Position numbers and translations under genes: made by a program
Origin: a virus
DNA length: 64,000 bases
Reading direction: 5' to 3' (one strand)
Virus record (IMG/VR): IMGVR_UViG_3300005663_000028
Span: 96,001 to 160,000 of that record
Shown: in pieces, positions 1-9,985 of the stretch
Position numbering within the stretch: the stretch's first letter is position 1
Layout of the letters: each line of letters begins with the position of its first letter
The notes under the pieces: generated by a model
Database searches by the model: none
Told to the model about the DNA's origin: nothing
The model's input: only the letters and a program-made list of their open reading frames with translations

Positions 1-65
1 ATACACGTTTCAGGAACATATCCCTGTTGAATCATCAATTCTTTACCCCGCTCACCTTCAAACAT
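1..65 (-). CDS. 5' end of a gene running off the left edge (MFEGERGKELMIQQGYVPETC...)
   Basis: ATG at 65-63 overlaps the TAA of the 65..1255 ORF (TAATG coupling); frame stays open to base 1. Confidence 0.55.
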   Translation of the reverse strand, partial: MFEGERGKELMIQQGYVPETC

Positions 66-1255
66 TATGATACTCCAAGTAATTCCCTAGCTATGACCCC
101 AACTTTATCGTAGCTAAACTCGGCCGCTCGTTGTTTCGCAGCTTCGCCCATAATCCCTAATTCTTTGTCTTGCCACATCTTATAAGCACTCTTCATACAC
201 TCAATAAAATGACAAACATTCGGCTCGAACCAACTTTCTTCCCCCGTGTATAAATCCGGGAAGCTATCCGTATGTCCAAAGCATGGAGTCAATTGTCCAT
301 CTATGAGCCATCCGGCTTCAGTTGTTCCTGATCCATCGCTCGAAAATATGTTGTCTCGCGAAAACCAGTATCTATCAACATACGTACTATCAACCAATTC
401 CGGATAAGACCCCCAATTACTCAATATCACAGGATTTCCAAATCCCATAGCGTCATGCGCCGGAATTCCCCATGCTTCTCCGTGACTTGCCGAGACGAAT
501 ACATCACACGCCATATGCAATCTATCCAATTGCTCATCCGGAAGGAAATCAGTGATACACACTACTGGGGGATAGTAAGGGTGTCGAGCATAAATGTGTA
601 TCGATTTTTTAATGTCGTCGATAGTACTTTGAACAACGCTCCTTGCTTCTTCTGGTGTTTTACCAGGAACATTAGTCTTAATAACAAGAACAACATCGTC
701 TCGTAAACTGAATGCTCCATAGAAAGCCCTCAAAATAGCTACGACATTTTTTCTACGACTCATTTCACCAATTGTGTAAAACACGCACTTGTTTTTTAGT
801 CGTGGAATATTCAATGGCTCTGGGGGACTGTTGAACCTTTGAATATCACAGGCACATGGAAGTATTTTGGTTGGAGTGGTAACCTTGCTGTTTTTTATTG
901 CCTGCACGTTCTGGGTAGATGGAACCCATAATTCGTCCATAAGGTTACAGCAGTGACCCCAGTTTGATTTATTAAAATGAGAAGTCTCCCAACAAAAAAT
1001 ACCAACGTTTTTAACACCCGCCTTGTATTCAAATTGATGAGGAAGAACGTGCTGGATAACTACATCGACACCATCGGTTGTTTTATTCTCTAGGTGTTCC
1101 ACCCTTTTCGCTAGTTCATTGTTTTGCGACGGAGAAAACTTAACCGCACGGGCGACAACATCAATTCCACCAGCCTCTAAAGCCAAAATGTTGTTCACGG
1201 CCTGGGCACTGTATCCAGTTCCATCTCTGTAAACACCTATGTAACATATTTTCAT
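65..1255 (-). CDS. GT-B fold glycosyltransferase (GT4/group 1-like)
   Basis: C-terminal CDVFVSASHGEAWGIPAHDAMGFGNPVI matches the GT4 ExF(G)...EAM..G.PVI signature; IGEMSRRKN motif. Confidence 0.85.
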   Translation of the reverse strand: MKICYIGVYRDGTGYSAQAVNNILALEAGGIDVVARAVKFSPSQNNELAKRVEHLENKTTDGVDVVIQHVLPHQFEYKAGVKNVGIFCWETSHFNKSNWGHCCNLMDELWVPSTQNVQAIKNSKVTTPTKILPCACDIQRFNSPPEPLNIPRLKNKCVFYTIGEMSRRKNVVAILRAFYGAFSLRDDVVLVIKTNVPGKTPEEARSVVQSTIDDIKKSIHIYARHPYYPPVVCITDFLPDEQLDRLHMACDVFVSASHGEAWGIPAHDAMGFGNPVILSNWGSYPELVDSTYVDRYWFSRDNIFSSDGSGTTEAGWLIDGQLTPCFGHTDSFPDLYTGEESWFEPNVCHFIECMKSAYKMWQDKELGIMGEAAKQRAAEFSYDKVGVIARELLGVS

Positions 1256-3012
1256 TACATCACCACCGCATCAAATTGTTCTTCAGTCTTACCGCTCAAA
1301 CTCTTCAATCTTCGTTCTTCAACAACATTCGCTTCTTGTACCATCTTTATGAAGTGTTCCACAAGCACTTGACGGTTAAATGGTATTCGATTCTCCCCAA
1401 CTGTTTTCGATCCACTGTTTAGGCATTGAAGCCACTCTCCAGCAAAGTGTTTATTCTCATCACCTTTGGAACCCATTCTTGTGTTAGAACGACGAACTAA
1501 CTCTGGATGACCCCAAACATCTCCGATAACCCAGTCAACAAACTCGTTGTTACTCATATCATTGCTTGGCGGAACTAGAACTGGCTTTCTGATGCGAGAA
1601 GTTGGGCAGAGCCAAGTATCTTTCTGGTCTTTAATTTCAGTCTCACGAAGAACTTGTCCCCAAATTGCCGCTGTTCTATCCCATCCTCTACGACACATTT
1701 TGATGTCTTGCCCATAAGTATCAACTAATTCTTCGGCATATGCTCTAGTTTGTTTGGATTTATCGTCACGTACAGACTCACTCTGTTTAAGGAATTTGTC
1801 CAGTTTATTTGCGAAATCTTGATTATCTGGAAGTGCTCGTTTTTGTTCCGTTTCTATAATGGATTCCCAGAAAAAGCGGCCAACATCAATGGGAATACTG
1901 GTGGGGCATTGAAAATAATCTTCCATTGCAGAATATCTTGGTGCTGCAACCGGAACACCACAAGCCATTGCTTCCCATGCTGGCATGCCGGCGCCCTCAC
2001 AGATCGAGTATTGGACATACAAATCAAATGACTTCATAATATCCGCGAGTACGTCTCTCGGACATGAGTGACCTGCATTTGGTGGACGAGAGGCAAGTTT
2101 TCCACATTTACGACAAATTACCAATTCCCCAGCAAAAAATGATGGATAAGCTACGTGACAATTGGCACATAAATATGTCATAATTACTTTATTGCCTATC
2201 TTGAAATCTCTAATGGCTTTGCCCATATCGTACCCAACGTCAGGGTAACTAGTGTGTAAGTAAAGAAATGTCCGTTTAGCTAATTCTACATGACCTTTGG
2301 ATTTAGATTTGTAAAGCCACATAGAAAATGCTTCTATTAGATCGTAAAACAATTTTCTCTTTTGATTTCGAGCCGTCATACCTATAATCAAAGAGTTTGG
2401 ATCAATTCCAAGTTTAACCTTATGATCTCTTTTGTTTTTTGGTGGCTTAAATATTTCTAAGTCAACACCCGGTGATGCTAGAGTTACAAGTTCTGTTCCC
2501 CTCCTACCAGTTCTCTTAAGTAAATCCATCCCATATTCAGAATATGTAAGAATACGGTCACACTGACGATATGAATCCAACCACAGTTCTCTTTGAGGTT
2601 CTCCGTCAATCGTAGGCATCCATATAAATTTGAAATTTTTACGGAACGGAGACCTCAAAATAAATTCATCCATCCAAAAATCCCTAATTCCCACTACGAT
2701 GTCTGGTTTGAAGTCCAGGCACACATCATCAAATACTAACTCACCAAAATGACTGCGAGGTTGATCGGCCATATATTTCTGCATCGCCTGTTTATCACTT
2801 CTCGCAGGTGCTGCCGGATAGAACTTCCACGGAACTTGTTGACAACGAGGATCGTCCGCATGACCGTAACTTCCAATTTCTAAAATTTCGAATTCTCCCG
2901 TAGCGTGTAATCGACCAAGAACCTCGTTGTAATAAGTGCTGAAACCCGTAGCAAGGAAACTTGCTTCACCAGTAAATAAAACTCGCCGCTTTCTTTTAGT
3001 CTCCATAACCAC
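1255..3012 (-). CDS. GT4-like glycosyltransferase with inserted CxxC...CxxC zinc ribbon
   Basis: ARNQKRK and DLYVQYSICEGAGMPAWEAMACGVPV motifs; insert CANC...CRKC. Confidence 0.85.
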   Translation of the reverse strand: MVMETKRKRRVLFTGEASFLATGFSTYYNEVLGRLHATGEFEILEIGSYGHADDPRCQQVPWKFYPAAPARSDKQAMQKYMADQPRSHFGELVFDDVCLDFKPDIVVGIRDFWMDEFILRSPFRKNFKFIWMPTIDGEPQRELWLDSYRQCDRILTYSEYGMDLLKRTGRRGTELVTLASPGVDLEIFKPPKNKRDHKVKLGIDPNSLIIGMTARNQKRKLFYDLIEAFSMWLYKSKSKGHVELAKRTFLYLHTSYPDVGYDMGKAIRDFKIGNKVIMTYLCANCHVAYPSFFAGELVICRKCGKLASRPPNAGHSCPRDVLADIMKSFDLYVQYSICEGAGMPAWEAMACGVPVAAPRYSAMEDYFQCPTSIPIDVGRFFWESIIETEQKRALPDNQDFANKLDKFLKQSESVRDDKSKQTRAYAEELVDTYGQDIKMCRRGWDRTAAIWGQVLRETEIKDQKDTWLCPTSRIRKPVLVPPSNDMSNNEFVDWVIGDVWGHPELVRRSNTRMGSKGDENKHFAGEWLQCLNSGSKTVGENRIPFNRQVLVEHFIKMVQEANVVEERRLKSLSGKTEEQFDAVVM

Positions 3013-3583
3013 TCCGGATCAATTTCGGTTTCAAACTCTTAGTCTTCAACCATTGTTGTTTTCTATTAACACCAAGCCGCTCAACAGTTTCGTCAATACA
3101 TGCTCTAATAAAAATTCTGTCTTCTTCGGTCAATTGATTTGATGACAAAATATCGTTGAGCACATTAAATGACTCCAATTCCACTGACGGTTCGTTAAGA
3201 AGTTTATCCAAAAAACTGAGATCAATCAATGACTGTAAGTCCATAAATCTTTTCTGTGAAATTTGGAGTTCGTCGCAAATCTCCAATTCTGTTTTCCCCA
3301 TAGCCAAAAGCATCTCAATCTTAAGTGCTAACCTTTTAGTCCCATGTGGAGCAGAAGCGGCAAACATGGCATCCATAGCAGTATCTCTCATGGTACGAGC
3401 CACCGCAGCAATAGCATACGAAATAAAGTCACGATGTTCGTATTGACCCCCACTGATTTCCGCCAACTTAAGATGCCCTGCTTGAATGTAGTCATCCTTG
3501 TCAGCACAACAACTAGGATAGAGATAGGCAATTTTTGTCGCAAATCTCTCCATAAATACATCAAGAGTCCGCCGACGTTCCAC
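2996..3583 (-). CDS. sigma-70-like transcription factor (region 2-like plus HTH)
   Basis: DDYIQAGHLKL...FISYAIAAVARTMRD resembles sigma region 2; TELEICDELQIS HTH-like segment. Confidence 0.55.
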   Translation of the reverse strand: MERRRTLDVFMERFATKIAYLYPSCCADKDDYIQAGHLKLAEISGGQYEHRDFISYAIAAVARTMRDTAMDAMFAASAPHGTKRLALKIEMLLAMGKTELEICDELQISQKRFMDLQSLIDLSFLDKLLNEPSVELESFNVLNDILSSNQLTEEDRIFIRACIDETVERLGVNRKQQWLKTKSLKPKLIRSGYGD

Positions 3584-4029
3584 TAGAAAGGGATCTCGCT
3601 ATCATCAACATCTGGCACCGGCACGGACTCTGGCTTTGGCTCTGACTCTGGTTTTGGCTGTGATGTTTCCGACTTTGTCGGAACATCACTCTTCTTGTGT
3701 CCATTTTTTTCCACCAATTGGAAATCACGAATGTTCATCGAATGTGCAGTACGCTTTTGACCATCCTTTTCCCACTTATCCTGCTTCATGTAACCTGTTA
3801 CATAGACGGGCTGACCAGACTTAACTATTTCAGCCATTTTTTCCGCACGAGTCCCCCATATTTGACCCCTCAGAAAACAAACCTCTTTTTCGTAATCTCC
3901 ATCCTGTTTCTTGTAGCTACGATTGAAAGCCAAGTTAATAGTACAGACCGGAGTATTTTTACTACCAACATACCTCAATTCCGGGTCTCCCGCCGCCACA
4001 CCAACACCAACAACCATTAATTCTGCCAT
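3583..4029 (-). CDS. ssb: single-stranded DNA-binding protein
   Basis: DPELRY...VCTINLAFNR...KSGQPVYVTGYMKQDKWEKDGQKR OB fold; acidic tail ending DDSEIPF. Confidence 0.95.
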   Translation of the reverse strand: MAELMVVGVGVAAGDPELRYVGSKNTPVCTINLAFNRSYKKQDGDYEKEVCFLRGQIWGTRAEKMAEIVKSGQPVYVTGYMKQDKWEKDGQKRTAHSMNIRDFQLVEKNGHKKSDVPTKSETSQPKPESEPKPESVPVPDVDDSEIPF

Positions 4030-4041
4030 TTCATTTACTCC

Positions 4042-4566
4042 TTACTTTGTTTTTTCTTTACCCCAATCTTCCTTTGATACCAACTCTGATTTTGTCGCTG
4101 GTACAACAACAGCAATACCGAATTCAACTAGTGCGTACTTCCCACTTTCTTCCGGACACCTCGCCTTTAGTTTGTAGTCATCAAAAATCTGACATGACTT
4201 AATTTGCACCAATATGTTCTTTAAACTCACATCAGAATCACTTTCATCTATGGTTTTCTTGAGCCTTGCTAAAACATCTAATTCAATCATACCAAGAAGA
4301 TGGTCGGTGCCATACTTACTACACCTTCCAATCATAAAGGTTGGAATTTCGAACATTCCGCGAGACAATAATTCCGCCACTTTCTTAGCTTCGAAATCAC
4401 GCAACCCATGTCGAATTACACACTCCCCATTGGTGTGATCCGGAGATTTACAGAAAAATACATTTGCATTTGGATCAATTGAACGATTTTTCCTCTCGGG
4501 AGAATAATCCACACACTGATTAAACCGCCCTAAAAATAATTTGTATTGCTTACCTTTGTCACTCAT
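4042..4566 (-). CDS. hypothetical protein
   Basis: 174-aa ORF directly downstream of the promoter motif at 4622-4650. Confidence 0.7.
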   Translation of the reverse strand: MSDKGKQYKLFLGRFNQCVDYSPERKNRSIDPNANVFFCKSPDHTNGECVIRHGLRDFEAKKVAELLSRGMFEIPTFMIGRCSKYGTDHLLGMIELDVLARLKKTIDESDSDVSLKNILVQIKSCQIFDDYKLKARCPEESGKYALVEFGIAVVVPATKSELVSKEDWGKEKTK

Positions 4567-4597
4567 AGTCCTATTTTTCCTAAAAACACAATCTTAC

Positions 4598-4655
4598 GGG
4601 ATTGGGTACTCCCAATACCTTATGATACGCCCAACTCTATTTTTTGTCCCATAAA
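4598..4655 (-). promoter_or_regulatory. conserved phage promoter copy 1 (GGGACA-N17-TATCAT) with downstream hairpin
   Basis: -35 at 4650-4645, -10 at 4627-4622, 17-nt spacer; ATTGGG-AGTA-CCCAAT stem at 4601-4616; same layout at four other sites. Confidence 0.75.
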
Positions 4656-4657
4656 AA

Positions 4658-6508
4658 TCAGATTAACTTCTGAATATCTGAAATTATGAAGCTACCATTT
4701 TTCTTCTCACCATGAATCAGACCAATAATGTCTTCCTTACAGCATGCCTTTATTCGACTAAACGGGCCTGGGAACACAACCGCACGATCAATCGAATACG
4801 TAGAATCCGACACTGTAAGAATACACATTGACTGACCCGGATTCTTTCCTTTTTTGGTTGTCGTATGTTTGACACTATCGATAATGGCACATATAGCAAT
4901 TGATTCATTATTGGGTGCCTGTGCTACTTCTAGACAAGTATGGGTGGCAAAAGTACTATCGACGTCATCCGCCTGGGAGCAAGACAGAGAAATACCAAGG
5001 AAATGCTTCTCAGCAATCGCCTTAGCCCCATTAGTGTCCGAAATAGGTTCCTCTAGGAGTTCTGCTTTTTCTTCTACTCTTGTACGTCTTGCATCGCTTG
5101 AACAAGGAGGCTTAACCACAATATCCTTGTAACCATTTTGCACCATCAAATCGGCAATACCCTTTTTGGTTCGACCCCCAATACTATTTAACCACAAATC
5201 TTTTTCTTCTGGAGACGTGTATACAAATTTACCATCTCCGTCCATAATTTCGTCAAAAGCTGCGCATACCTGATCCAAATACCCAATCGCTGCACTCACC
5301 AACTCTGGTTTACTCATCTGCCCTATTTTCTTGATTTTGTTCCCTGGGGGTTGGGCCATTTGCAGCAAGATTTCTTGTGTAGTCATTATTCCTTCGGAAA
5401 GCTGATTAAAGAAGTAGACCTTTTCTTTTGCGGTCAACCCTTTAATTTCGACCTTTTTACCTTCAGAATTGTACGCGGCACCCCCAAGAACTATTTCAAG
5501 CTCCCTTACCATCTCACTGCGGCCCATATCAAAGCAGTCACATGCACCAGATTTAATCAACGCTATCCCTACATTCCTGTGGAGCCTTGGAACTGCCGAG
5601 AGGAAGTTGGCCCAGGTGTCTAGAGAGCCTGTTCCTGACGTTTTCCCCGCCGCTGAGATGATTTCCTTGATAGCCGAGGGTCCGACACCCCTAACGTGCG
5701 CCAGGCCGAAGGCAACGCATTTCTGTGGCTTTTCGACAATCTGAAAGTTCACATTTCCACGACGAATATCTGGCGGCAGCACCTTGATATCAAATAATCT
5801 GGCATCCTGTACCAATCTATATATTTCTTCCTTCGGATCACTCTTATAATTGGCAAAAGTGAGGTAACTGGCAAAAAATTCATATGGGAAGTGAGACTTT
5901 AACCACGCTGTGGGATAACTTATTCCTAGTCCATAACTTAAAGCGTGACTTTTATTAAATTGGTACTTTTGGCACTTTTCGATCCATCCGAAAATTTCTT
6001 CAGCCACATCTTTATCAATACCACTATGTTCTTGACATCCCTCGATAAATTTAGTTTTTAGTTTAGCCATCTTTTCTGGTAATTTTTTTCCAATGGCCGA
6101 CCGAAGTGTATCTCCATCGATTGGGTCAAAGCCCGCCAAATCCGTGGCAATGCGCAGCGATTGCTCTTGGAAAACCATCTGAGCGTTGGTAGATTCTAAT
6201 ATGGGCTTCAAAGATGGGTGTAAATAAGATGGCTCTTTGCGTCCAAATTTAACGTCAACATATAGCTCGCTGAGCCCACCTTCGAGGGGTCCAGGTCTCA
6301 AAATACTAACCAACGCAGCAAGTTCTTCTATATTGTCCGGTCTTACTTTTTTTGACCAATCTTGACCTAGACTTTTTTCAAGCTGAAATACCCCGACCGT
6401 GTGGCCTCCGGATATGAGCTTCCAGGTAGCAGGACAATCAAGGCGAACGTCGTTTATGTTGAATTTGCCCCTCTCAACTTGACATTTACAGTTTGTGAAT
6501 GTGATCAT
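4658..6508 (-). CDS. dnaE: DNA polymerase III alpha subunit, C-terminal fragment (fingers, HhH, OB)
   Basis: TVGVFQLE, LVSILRPGPL, VFQEQ, LRSAIGKK, YQFNKSHA, VLPPDI, FGLAHVRGVG, AEKHFLG, terminal OB fold; lacks PHP domain and catalytic Asps. Confidence 0.92.
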   Translation of the reverse strand: MITFTNCKCQVERGKFNINDVRLDCPATWKLISGGHTVGVFQLEKSLGQDWSKKVRPDNIEELAALVSILRPGPLEGGLSELYVDVKFGRKEPSYLHPSLKPILESTNAQMVFQEQSLRIATDLAGFDPIDGDTLRSAIGKKLPEKMAKLKTKFIEGCQEHSGIDKDVAEEIFGWIEKCQKYQFNKSHALSYGLGISYPTAWLKSHFPYEFFASYLTFANYKSDPKEEIYRLVQDARLFDIKVLPPDIRRGNVNFQIVEKPQKCVAFGLAHVRGVGPSAIKEIISAAGKTSGTGSLDTWANFLSAVPRLHRNVGIALIKSGACDCFDMGRSEMVRELEIVLGGAAYNSEGKKVEIKGLTAKEKVYFFNQLSEGIMTTQEILLQMAQPPGNKIKKIGQMSKPELVSAAIGYLDQVCAAFDEIMDGDGKFVYTSPEEKDLWLNSIGGRTKKGIADLMVQNGYKDIVVKPPCSSDARRTRVEEKAELLEEPISDTNGAKAIAEKHFLGISLSCSQADDVDSTFATHTCLEVAQAPNNESIAICAIIDSVKHTTTKKGKNPGQSMCILTVSDSTYSIDRAVVFPGPFSRIKACCKEDIIGLIHGEKKNGSFIISDIQKLI

Positions 6509-6513
6509 ACTCT

Positions 6514-6548
6514 ATTATACCTCCAAGTTGAATATTTGTTCCACAAAA
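6514..6548 (-). promoter_or_regulatory. conserved phage promoter copy 2 (GGAACA-N17-TATAAT), probably leaderless, for dnaE-C
   Basis: -35 at 6542-6537, -10 at 6519-6514; only 5 nt to the ATG at 6508; no Shine-Dalgarno. Confidence 0.7.
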
Positions 6549-6575
6549 TCAACATTTTTTTGATGAATAATGTTG

Positions 6576-7130
6576 TCAATCGTCTACTCCTGGTTTTGGG
6601 ATTACCACTAGCATGAAGTGTTCATCTGGGGACAGTTTCGTGTATACATTCTGGTATTTATCAAACGAGTGGCGGTCGAAAGTGGAGACATGTATTGAGT
6701 TAATACTACCTTTATACGGTACGGTGAGGATAACTGCTTTTTCAGCAGCTTGGTACATTTTCTCTAAGATGACCATAGGGTTGCTGAAGTGCTCTAATGT
6801 CTCTGCTGAAATAATATAGTCATACACTCCAGGGAGATGGTCCGTAATTATATTTATACAATGTGTTTGTACTACTGCTTCTTCACATGCTTTTGTGCTG
6901 AAATCTAATCCTTCAACAATCCAATCTTTGCAAATACTAACCATGTGTGTTGGGCCGAATCCGAATCCACTGCCAATATCTAATATCGTTGCAGTGCATC
7001 TTGGGATTACCGTTGTTATCATATCGTAAAATCGCAATCGTTTCTTAGATGACCAAATTTCTTGAACATCGGCGATAGAATATCTATCGTTCCACCACTT
7101 AAGCGTGTTGTCGTTTTTTTTCTGCGACAT
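6576..7130 (-). CDS. class I SAM-dependent methyltransferase
   Basis: ILDIGSGFG motif I, DYIISAETLEHF; likely start MSQKK near 7130 rather than 7247. Confidence 0.85.
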   Translation of the reverse strand: MSQKKNDNTLKWWNDRYSIADVQEIWSSKKRLRFYDMITTVIPRCTATILDIGSGFGFGPTHMVSICKDWIVEGLDFSTKACEEAVVQTHCINIITDHLPGVYDYIISAETLEHFSNPMVILEKMYQAAEKAVILTVPYKGSINSIHVSTFDRHSFDKYQNVYTKLSPDEHFMLVVIPKPGVDD

Positions 7131-7143
7131 ATTAACTCCTTTT

Positions 7144-7743
7144 TTACTGCTTTTCACATACCCAACGATAACACCATCTTGGTGGCTGATATTCCGTAAT
7201 AGCATCGTGTGGTATGTCGTCATCCTTTGTGAGTTGTTCATAACCAAAACCAGCTTTGTCTAGTTCTTGAGCAGACCATGAAGGTGTCTTTCCTGGATAT
7301 ACCGAACCAGTATTCTGGGTTATAATGAATAATCCACCCGTTTTCAATACCCTAGCAGCTTCTGTAAAAAATTGTTTTACCACTTCGTCCTCACAGTGTT
7401 CTATTACAGAGACACTGAACACTATATCTATGGAATTTTTTTTCAAAGGCATGTTTGTCATAGAACCTTGATGATACTGAAGACCAGGGGTTATTTCTCC
7501 AATGGACCACGCAGCCTGATCTATGGCAACAACTAATCCCGGTGAGACATCGGCTAAATGGTGGCAAAACGGATGTGTTCCACCGCCAGACGCTGCGTCT
7601 ACCATACGAAGCCCTGGCTTTACCCATCTCATAGCAAATTCATATTCGTAAGGACGACTCCATCTGGATTTGAGTGGAAGATCGTGCCGACCAACAGAGT
7701 CTATTGTCGGATCACCACTTACAATATATCGTGATTTAATCAT
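7144..7743 (-). CDS. class I SAM-dependent methyltransferase (Methyltransf_11-like)
   Basis: MVDAASGGG, DIVFSVSVIEH, EAARVLKTGG. Confidence 0.85.
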   Translation of the reverse strand: MIKSRYIVSGDPTIDSVGRHDLPLKSRWSRPYEYEFAMRWVKPGLRMVDAASGGGTHPFCHHLADVSPGLVVAIDQAAWSIGEITPGLQYHQGSMTNMPLKKNSIDIVFSVSVIEHCEDEVVKQFFTEAARVLKTGGLFIITQNTGSVYPGKTPSWSAQELDKAGFGYEQLTKDDDIPHDAITEYQPPRWCYRWVCEKQ

Positions 7744-7757
7744 TTTTCATTTCCTTT

Positions 7758-8402
7758 TCAGATTATGTTTTTGTTGACAAAAAGATGACAAGGCCAATCG
7801 TTGGTTTCTGTGGTCATTAAGAAAAATTCAGACATTCTTTTAATAGCGTCTGTTGTTTGTGCTTCTGGATAAATTCTTCCTCCATGAAAAGAGACGCAAA
7901 GCTGCCCTATTTTATTTCGTAAATCAGGTTTTCTCATAATTTCATTTATTATTTCAAGTTCAGCACCTTCACAGTTACAAAAGAGAACATCTATGCGAGG
8001 TATATCGTTTGTTTTCAATATAGACTCCACACTTGTTGATTTCACCTTAGTCCTTTGTGTCAACCTCATACTTGTCTCTTTCTTGTGTCTTGGATAGATA
8101 CTATGAGAACACCCTCCTGGGAATTCAAAAAAATCAATTTCACCATCTTCTCCTGTCACGGCTAATTGACGAGTAATAATTTTTGATCCAAATACTGCCT
8201 GATTTAACAAATGACAATTCTCTTCATTTGCTTCATAAACAATAGTCGTACCACTGAATTTTTGATCAAGAGCAATCGCATGAATTCCAGTTCTCGATCC
8301 AATATCTATAAAGATTGGCTCTGGTGGCAAAATTCCTTTTGCAAAAAATAAATAACGACTACACCTGTCTAGCTGTAATCGTGTTTTAATGTGTTCATCC
8401 AT
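7758..8402 (-). CDS. FkbM family methyltransferase
   Basis: FIDIGSRTG, VYEANEEN, IDVLFCNCEGAE. Confidence 0.8.
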   Translation of the reverse strand: MDEHIKTRLQLDRCSRYLFFAKGILPPEPIFIDIGSRTGIHAIALDQKFSGTTIVYEANEENCHLLNQAVFGSKIITRQLAVTGEDGEIDFFEFPGGCSHSIYPRHKKETSMRLTQRTKVKSTSVESILKTNDIPRIDVLFCNCEGAELEIINEIMRKPDLRNKIGQLCVSFHGGRIYPEAQTTDAIKRMSEFFLMTTETNDWPCHLFVNKNII

Positions 8403-8417
8403 TTCATCACCCTTTCT

Positions 8418-9125
8418 TTATTCGGACCATTCGGTTTGATTATGATCATCTGGTTTGTACTTTCTTATGAGAGGCAGACCGGAAACCTTATAGTCGCCAA
8501 ATGCGTGTAGAATAATATGTCCATCTCTATTGTCCCATCCTGGAGGCAAAATCCCGAGACTTAAGTCTTTAGCCTTTGTCGTTGCAGGGAATAGTGCTGG
8601 CATATCTCGCCCACAACCAAGCAACCTCCAATAGTATTCCCATTTCGTGAACAGCTTTGTGGTATTTTCTGTTTTACGAAAAAAGAAAACACCTTCCTTA
8701 TAAATCGTTGCGGGATAATCTTCCTGATTCATGAATTTGCCATATAACCATGCCATAGGTAATCTCTGTCTGTCTATCCCTATTCGTTCGAAGACTGAGA
8801 ACATCACATCATAGTTCTTCGCTGTTGTAAATCCACCTAAAAACTCCGCTGATTGAACAGCGGTATCTGTATCGCAGAATAATGTAATATCAAACGGTGA
8901 AAACAAATCTGTTCGAATTTTGTAATATCGATTATCTTTCTGTTCAACACCAACTACTTCAAATGATACGTTCGGTAAGTCATCCCATTCTTTACATCTT
9001 TGATCTTTTATTAAATTTGTAATCACCCTAACTGGAATGTCGCTATATTTTCTTATCAAAATTACCGAGTGAGCACACTGATAGTCATACTGTTTGCCAA
9101 AAGCAACATATAGTACTCCATTCAT
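8418..9125 (-). CDS. putative GT-A glycosyltransferase
   Basis: NGVLYVAFG start, SPFDITLFCDTD (DxD-like), GRDMPAL. Confidence 0.65.
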   Translation of the reverse strand: MNGVLYVAFGKQYDYQCAHSVILIRKYSDIPVRVITNLIKDQRCKEWDDLPNVSFEVVGVEQKDNRYYKIRTDLFSPFDITLFCDTDTAVQSAEFLGGFTTAKNYDVMFSVFERIGIDRQRLPMAWLYGKFMNQEDYPATIYKEGVFFFRKTENTTKLFTKWEYYWRLLGCGRDMPALFPATTKAKDLSLGILPPGWDNRDGHIILHAFGDYKVSGLPLIRKYKPDDHNQTEWSE

Positions 9126-9151
9126 CTCTAGTCCCCTTTTCTCAAATTCTA

Positions 9152-9985
9152 TTAAGCGCCATAACTTTTCATTACTTGACGCAATATAGAGCCAATTTTT
9201 GGTGACTTTATTACTAATTCGTCAAATAGTGAACTTTGACATGCGGCAAGAAATTCTGATTTTCTGAAAGAATATCCTCTGGATTTTTTAAGATTATCGA
9301 TTCCCAATTCTGCCAAGCGAATATGAACTCCATGATGGGCGGATGTTGTCAAAAAAGACCAGTAGGTATCTGAAAGATTTTTCGGTATTTCACCCAAATC
9401 AGACTCCAGAATCATTTGTAAAAGAAACCGTTCATTAAAACCTGCCCCTATTTTTGGTACTCTACGTCCAAGTTCGCCAGCAATAAGTTCTGAACGATAT
9501 TTGTCAATTACTGGCATCATTATCTTAAACCATTCCTTTGGTTTTACGACATGAATACCACCCATTCTATTCGGACCAGAACTTGCTCGAATACAGTTGC
9601 TATATGGTATGTCAAGTAATTCACAATGAGATAAGTGTTGTTGCATATAAGACGGAAACTCTTTACAAATAGCCATATCTACGTCTCCGATAGAAAGACA
9701 ATCAAATAGTTCGAATACTGGATCGAACATTAGCCACCTCAAACACTTTATGGTCTCGCCATCCACCCTACCGTATTCATCAAAAGCATTCTCTTTGACA
9801 ACAAAGCTGAATGGCAAAATACTTAATATCTCTTCAATGTTTTCCTCTATGTGTCTATCCAAAAATATCATTTTATGTGATTCGGGGTAAGCCTGATCTA
9901 AAAAATATAACCACCAAGGAATATATTGTTGATACGATCCATTAGCTACTGTAGTAAAACACATTTTATTTGCATCTAATATCAT
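9152..9985 (-). CDS. hypothetical, possibly glycosyltransferase-like protein
   Basis: IGDVD DxD motif; position within the glycan cluster. Confidence 0.5.
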   Translation of the reverse strand: MILDANKMCFTTVANGSYQQYIPWWLYFLDQAYPESHKMIFLDRHIEENIEEILSILPFSFVVKENAFDEYGRVDGETIKCLRWLMFDPVFELFDCLSIGDVDMAICKEFPSYMQQHLSHCELLDIPYSNCIRASSGPNRMGGIHVVKPKEWFKIMMPVIDKYRSELIAGELGRRVPKIGAGFNERFLLQMILESDLGEIPKNLSDTYWSFLTTSAHHGVHIRLAELGIDNLKKSRGYSFRKSEFLAACQSSLFDELVIKSPKIGSILRQVMKSYGA

